Positions 62,280-64,000 of a stretch of 64,000 bases of DNA are shown here, piece after piece. The notes under the pieces are model-generated. The model saw nothing but the letters and a program-made list of their open reading frames with translations, was not told the origin of the DNA and did no database searches. Position 1 is the first letter of the stretch, and each line of letters opens with the position of its first letter. The position numbers and the translations under genes are program-made. Source of the DNA: Flammeovirgaceae bacterium (GTDB lineage: Bacteria > Bacteroidota > Bacteroidia > Cytophagales > Cyclobacteriaceae); the NCBI GenBank assembly GCA_016709845.1, contig JADJMA010000014.1, positions 38,365-102,364 of the forward strand. The letters are read 5' to 3'.

Positions 62280-63439
62280 TTATAAGTACTTTTTGACTTC
62301 TTCCGGGCCTATTTGGCCTTCGCTCATTATTATTAGTCTCTCCACGACATTTCTAAGCTCGCGGATGTTTCCTGTCCAGTTGTTTTTTTGAAGCAAATCC
62401 AACGCTTCTTTCGTTATCTCTTTTCGCTTAGACCCATATTCAAGGGCTATATCATCCAGAAACTTATTAACCAATAAGGGTATGTCTTCTGCCCGATCAT
62501 TGAGGGATGGAACTTTAATAACTATTACCGACAGGCGGTGATACAGATCCTCGCGAAAGCGATGCTCTTCAATTTCTTTTTTTAAATCTTTGTTGGTAGC
62601 GGCTACTACCCGCACATTAACAGAAATGTCCTTTTCGCCACCAACCCGGGTTATTTTACTTTCTTGTAATGCCCGAAGAACTTTAGCCTGTGCGGAAAGA
62701 CTCATATCTCCAATCTCATCGAGAAAAAGTGTGCCCCCTTCGGCTTGTTCAAATTTTCCGATTCGCTGCTTTATGGCTGATGTAAAGGAACCCTTTTCAT
62801 GACCAAACAATTCGCTTTCAATTAACTCCGAGGGAATGGCTGCACAATTCACCTCTACAAACTGCTTGTTTCTTCGTTCGCTAATATCATGAAGTTGACG
62901 GGCAACCAATTCTTTACCCGATCCATTAGGTCCTGTTATCAAAACCCGGGCTTCGGTAGGTGCCACTTTCTCAATCATGTCTTTAACCTCCTGTAGCGGT
63001 TTTGATTTCCCAACGATTTCGTATTTCTGAGATACTTTTTCTTTAGAATCTTTGTCTCTTTAACCAGGTTGGTGTTATCCAATGCGTTTCGTAGCGTAAT
63101 CAATAGCCGGTTAAGGTCGGGCGGTTTTTGAAGAAAATCGTAGGCGCCAAGTTTAGTGGCATCAACGGCAATTTCGGTTGTTCCATGAGCAGATATCATG
63201 ATAAAGGCCGAGGTGTTTCCCTTAGCCTTTGCTTGTTGTAAAACTTCCATGCCATCCATCTTTGGCATCTTGATATCACAGAAGACTACCTCGTAATGTT
63301 CTTTCTCAAGTTTTGATAACCCCTCGGCACCATCTTTCGCTTCGTCTACTTCTAGATTGAGTTCTTTTTGATCGAGTAGAATATCTTTCAGAACAGCGCG
63401 GATGCTGGCTTCATCTTCTATGAGTAATACTTTAGGCAC
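62280..63439 (-). CDS. Sigma-54-dependent response regulator, NtrC/NtrX family (frameshifted)
   Basis: REC domain (EDE, DIKMP, KP); AAA+ GPNGSGKE, ESELFGHEKGSFTSA, LDEIG; no HTH evident. Confidence 0.9.
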
Positions 63440-63489
63440 GGACTTTTTAAATTAAGGTAACTATAGGTTGAATCATTTATTTTAAAATT

Positions 63490-63883
63490 AATGCAAGCCT
63501 GTAAGCCGGGTTCTGTCACCTTCAACTAGAAGGGTGCTTATCATTTATCTTGTTCAGATGTCGCCATCTGAATCTAGCAGCCTACCCAATCACGCCAGTC
63601 GAAACTACTAGCGAGCAGCTAGTCACTTTCGTGGGCGTGACCTATTTGGCCTTTCAACTCGTAAGGTTTGCCATGCGTCTGAAATCACTTTCAGTACCGG
63701 TGGGCTCTTACCCCACCTTTTCACCTTTTCCCTAACGGTAACCGTAAGGGTAGTTTATTTTCTGTGGCACTTTCTGTGGCTGCCGCTTCCGTCAGTCCCT
63801 TCCCGTTAGGAAGTACGATGCTCTTTGTTGCCCGGACTTTCCTCCCTGACGGAAAACGTCAAGGCGATAAGCCGGCTTGCATT
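63490..63883 (-). ncRNA. rnpB: RNase P RNA
   Basis: Minus strand GAGGAAAGTCCGGGC near 5' end and ACAGAACCCGGCTTA near 3' end; P1 helix AATGCAAGCC/GGCTTGCATT. Confidence 0.95.
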
Positions 63884-63887
63884 GTGG

Positions 63888-63895
63888 CAAATTTA
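63888..63895 (-). promoter_or_regulatory. -7 promoter element for rnpB
   Basis: TAAATTTG immediately upstream of P1. Confidence 0.7.
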
Positions 63896-63919
63896 CGTAC
63901 TTAAACTGAGAAAAGATGA

Positions 63920-64000
63920 TTAATGAATATCCGAATCGGTAAGTTTTAATTCGTATTGATCTGCGAGATTGGCCACCTCCTGTAACATTTCCTTCAACGT
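63920..64000 (-). CDS. 3' end of an unidentified gene running off the window
   Basis: Open frame TLKEMLQEVANLADQYELKLTDSDIH*. Confidence 0.45.
   Translation of the reverse strand, partial: TLKEMLQEVANLADQYELKLTDSDIH

Noticed and set aside
13072-63439. Programmed frameshifting or mass pseudogenisation
   Set aside because: Breaks are scattered across unrelated essential genes with no shared slippery motif; sequencing error is simpler
63550-63735. 61-aa plus-strand ORF
   Set aside because: Antisense to RNase P RNA

Overview
A 64-kb, mostly housekeeping region of a Bacteroidota chromosome, probably Cytophagales (inferred from gene content and several TAnnTTTG -7 promoter motifs). In order it holds: the 3' end of an alternative complex III / aa3-type oxidase cluster with assembly genes; a large membrane histidine kinase; mlaEF; ispG; an RRM protein; ggt; an outer-membrane cluster (DUF2807, ComEA-like HhH barrel, FadL/PorV-like barrel, POTRA/Omp85 protein, lgt); nadE-rnc-fabF-acpP; pyk; NFACT; miaA; surface-glycan genes; ruvC; tRNA-Ser(GGA); exbB-orf-exbD-exbD; amn; ald; a fused 2-oxoacid dehydrogenase E1; a LuxE-like gene; an NtrC-family regulator; and rnpB. 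More than 20 genes, several essential, are split by single-base indels, often in homopolymers. This points to an error-prone long-read consensus rather than pseudogenes. I saw no CRISPR array, transposase, integrase or phage gene, and no clearly novel system. The best leads are: an apparent deletion junction fusing truncated miaA to a truncated glycosyltransferase; a substitution cluster in the ispG Fe-S domain; the HhH-barrel plus FadL/PorV-barrel pair; a ~100-aa insertion in Lgt; two lipoproteins sharing a C-x4/5-CP[AT]Y motif; and heptamer-repeat/REP-like elements. Family assignments are from recalled motifs, not database searches.
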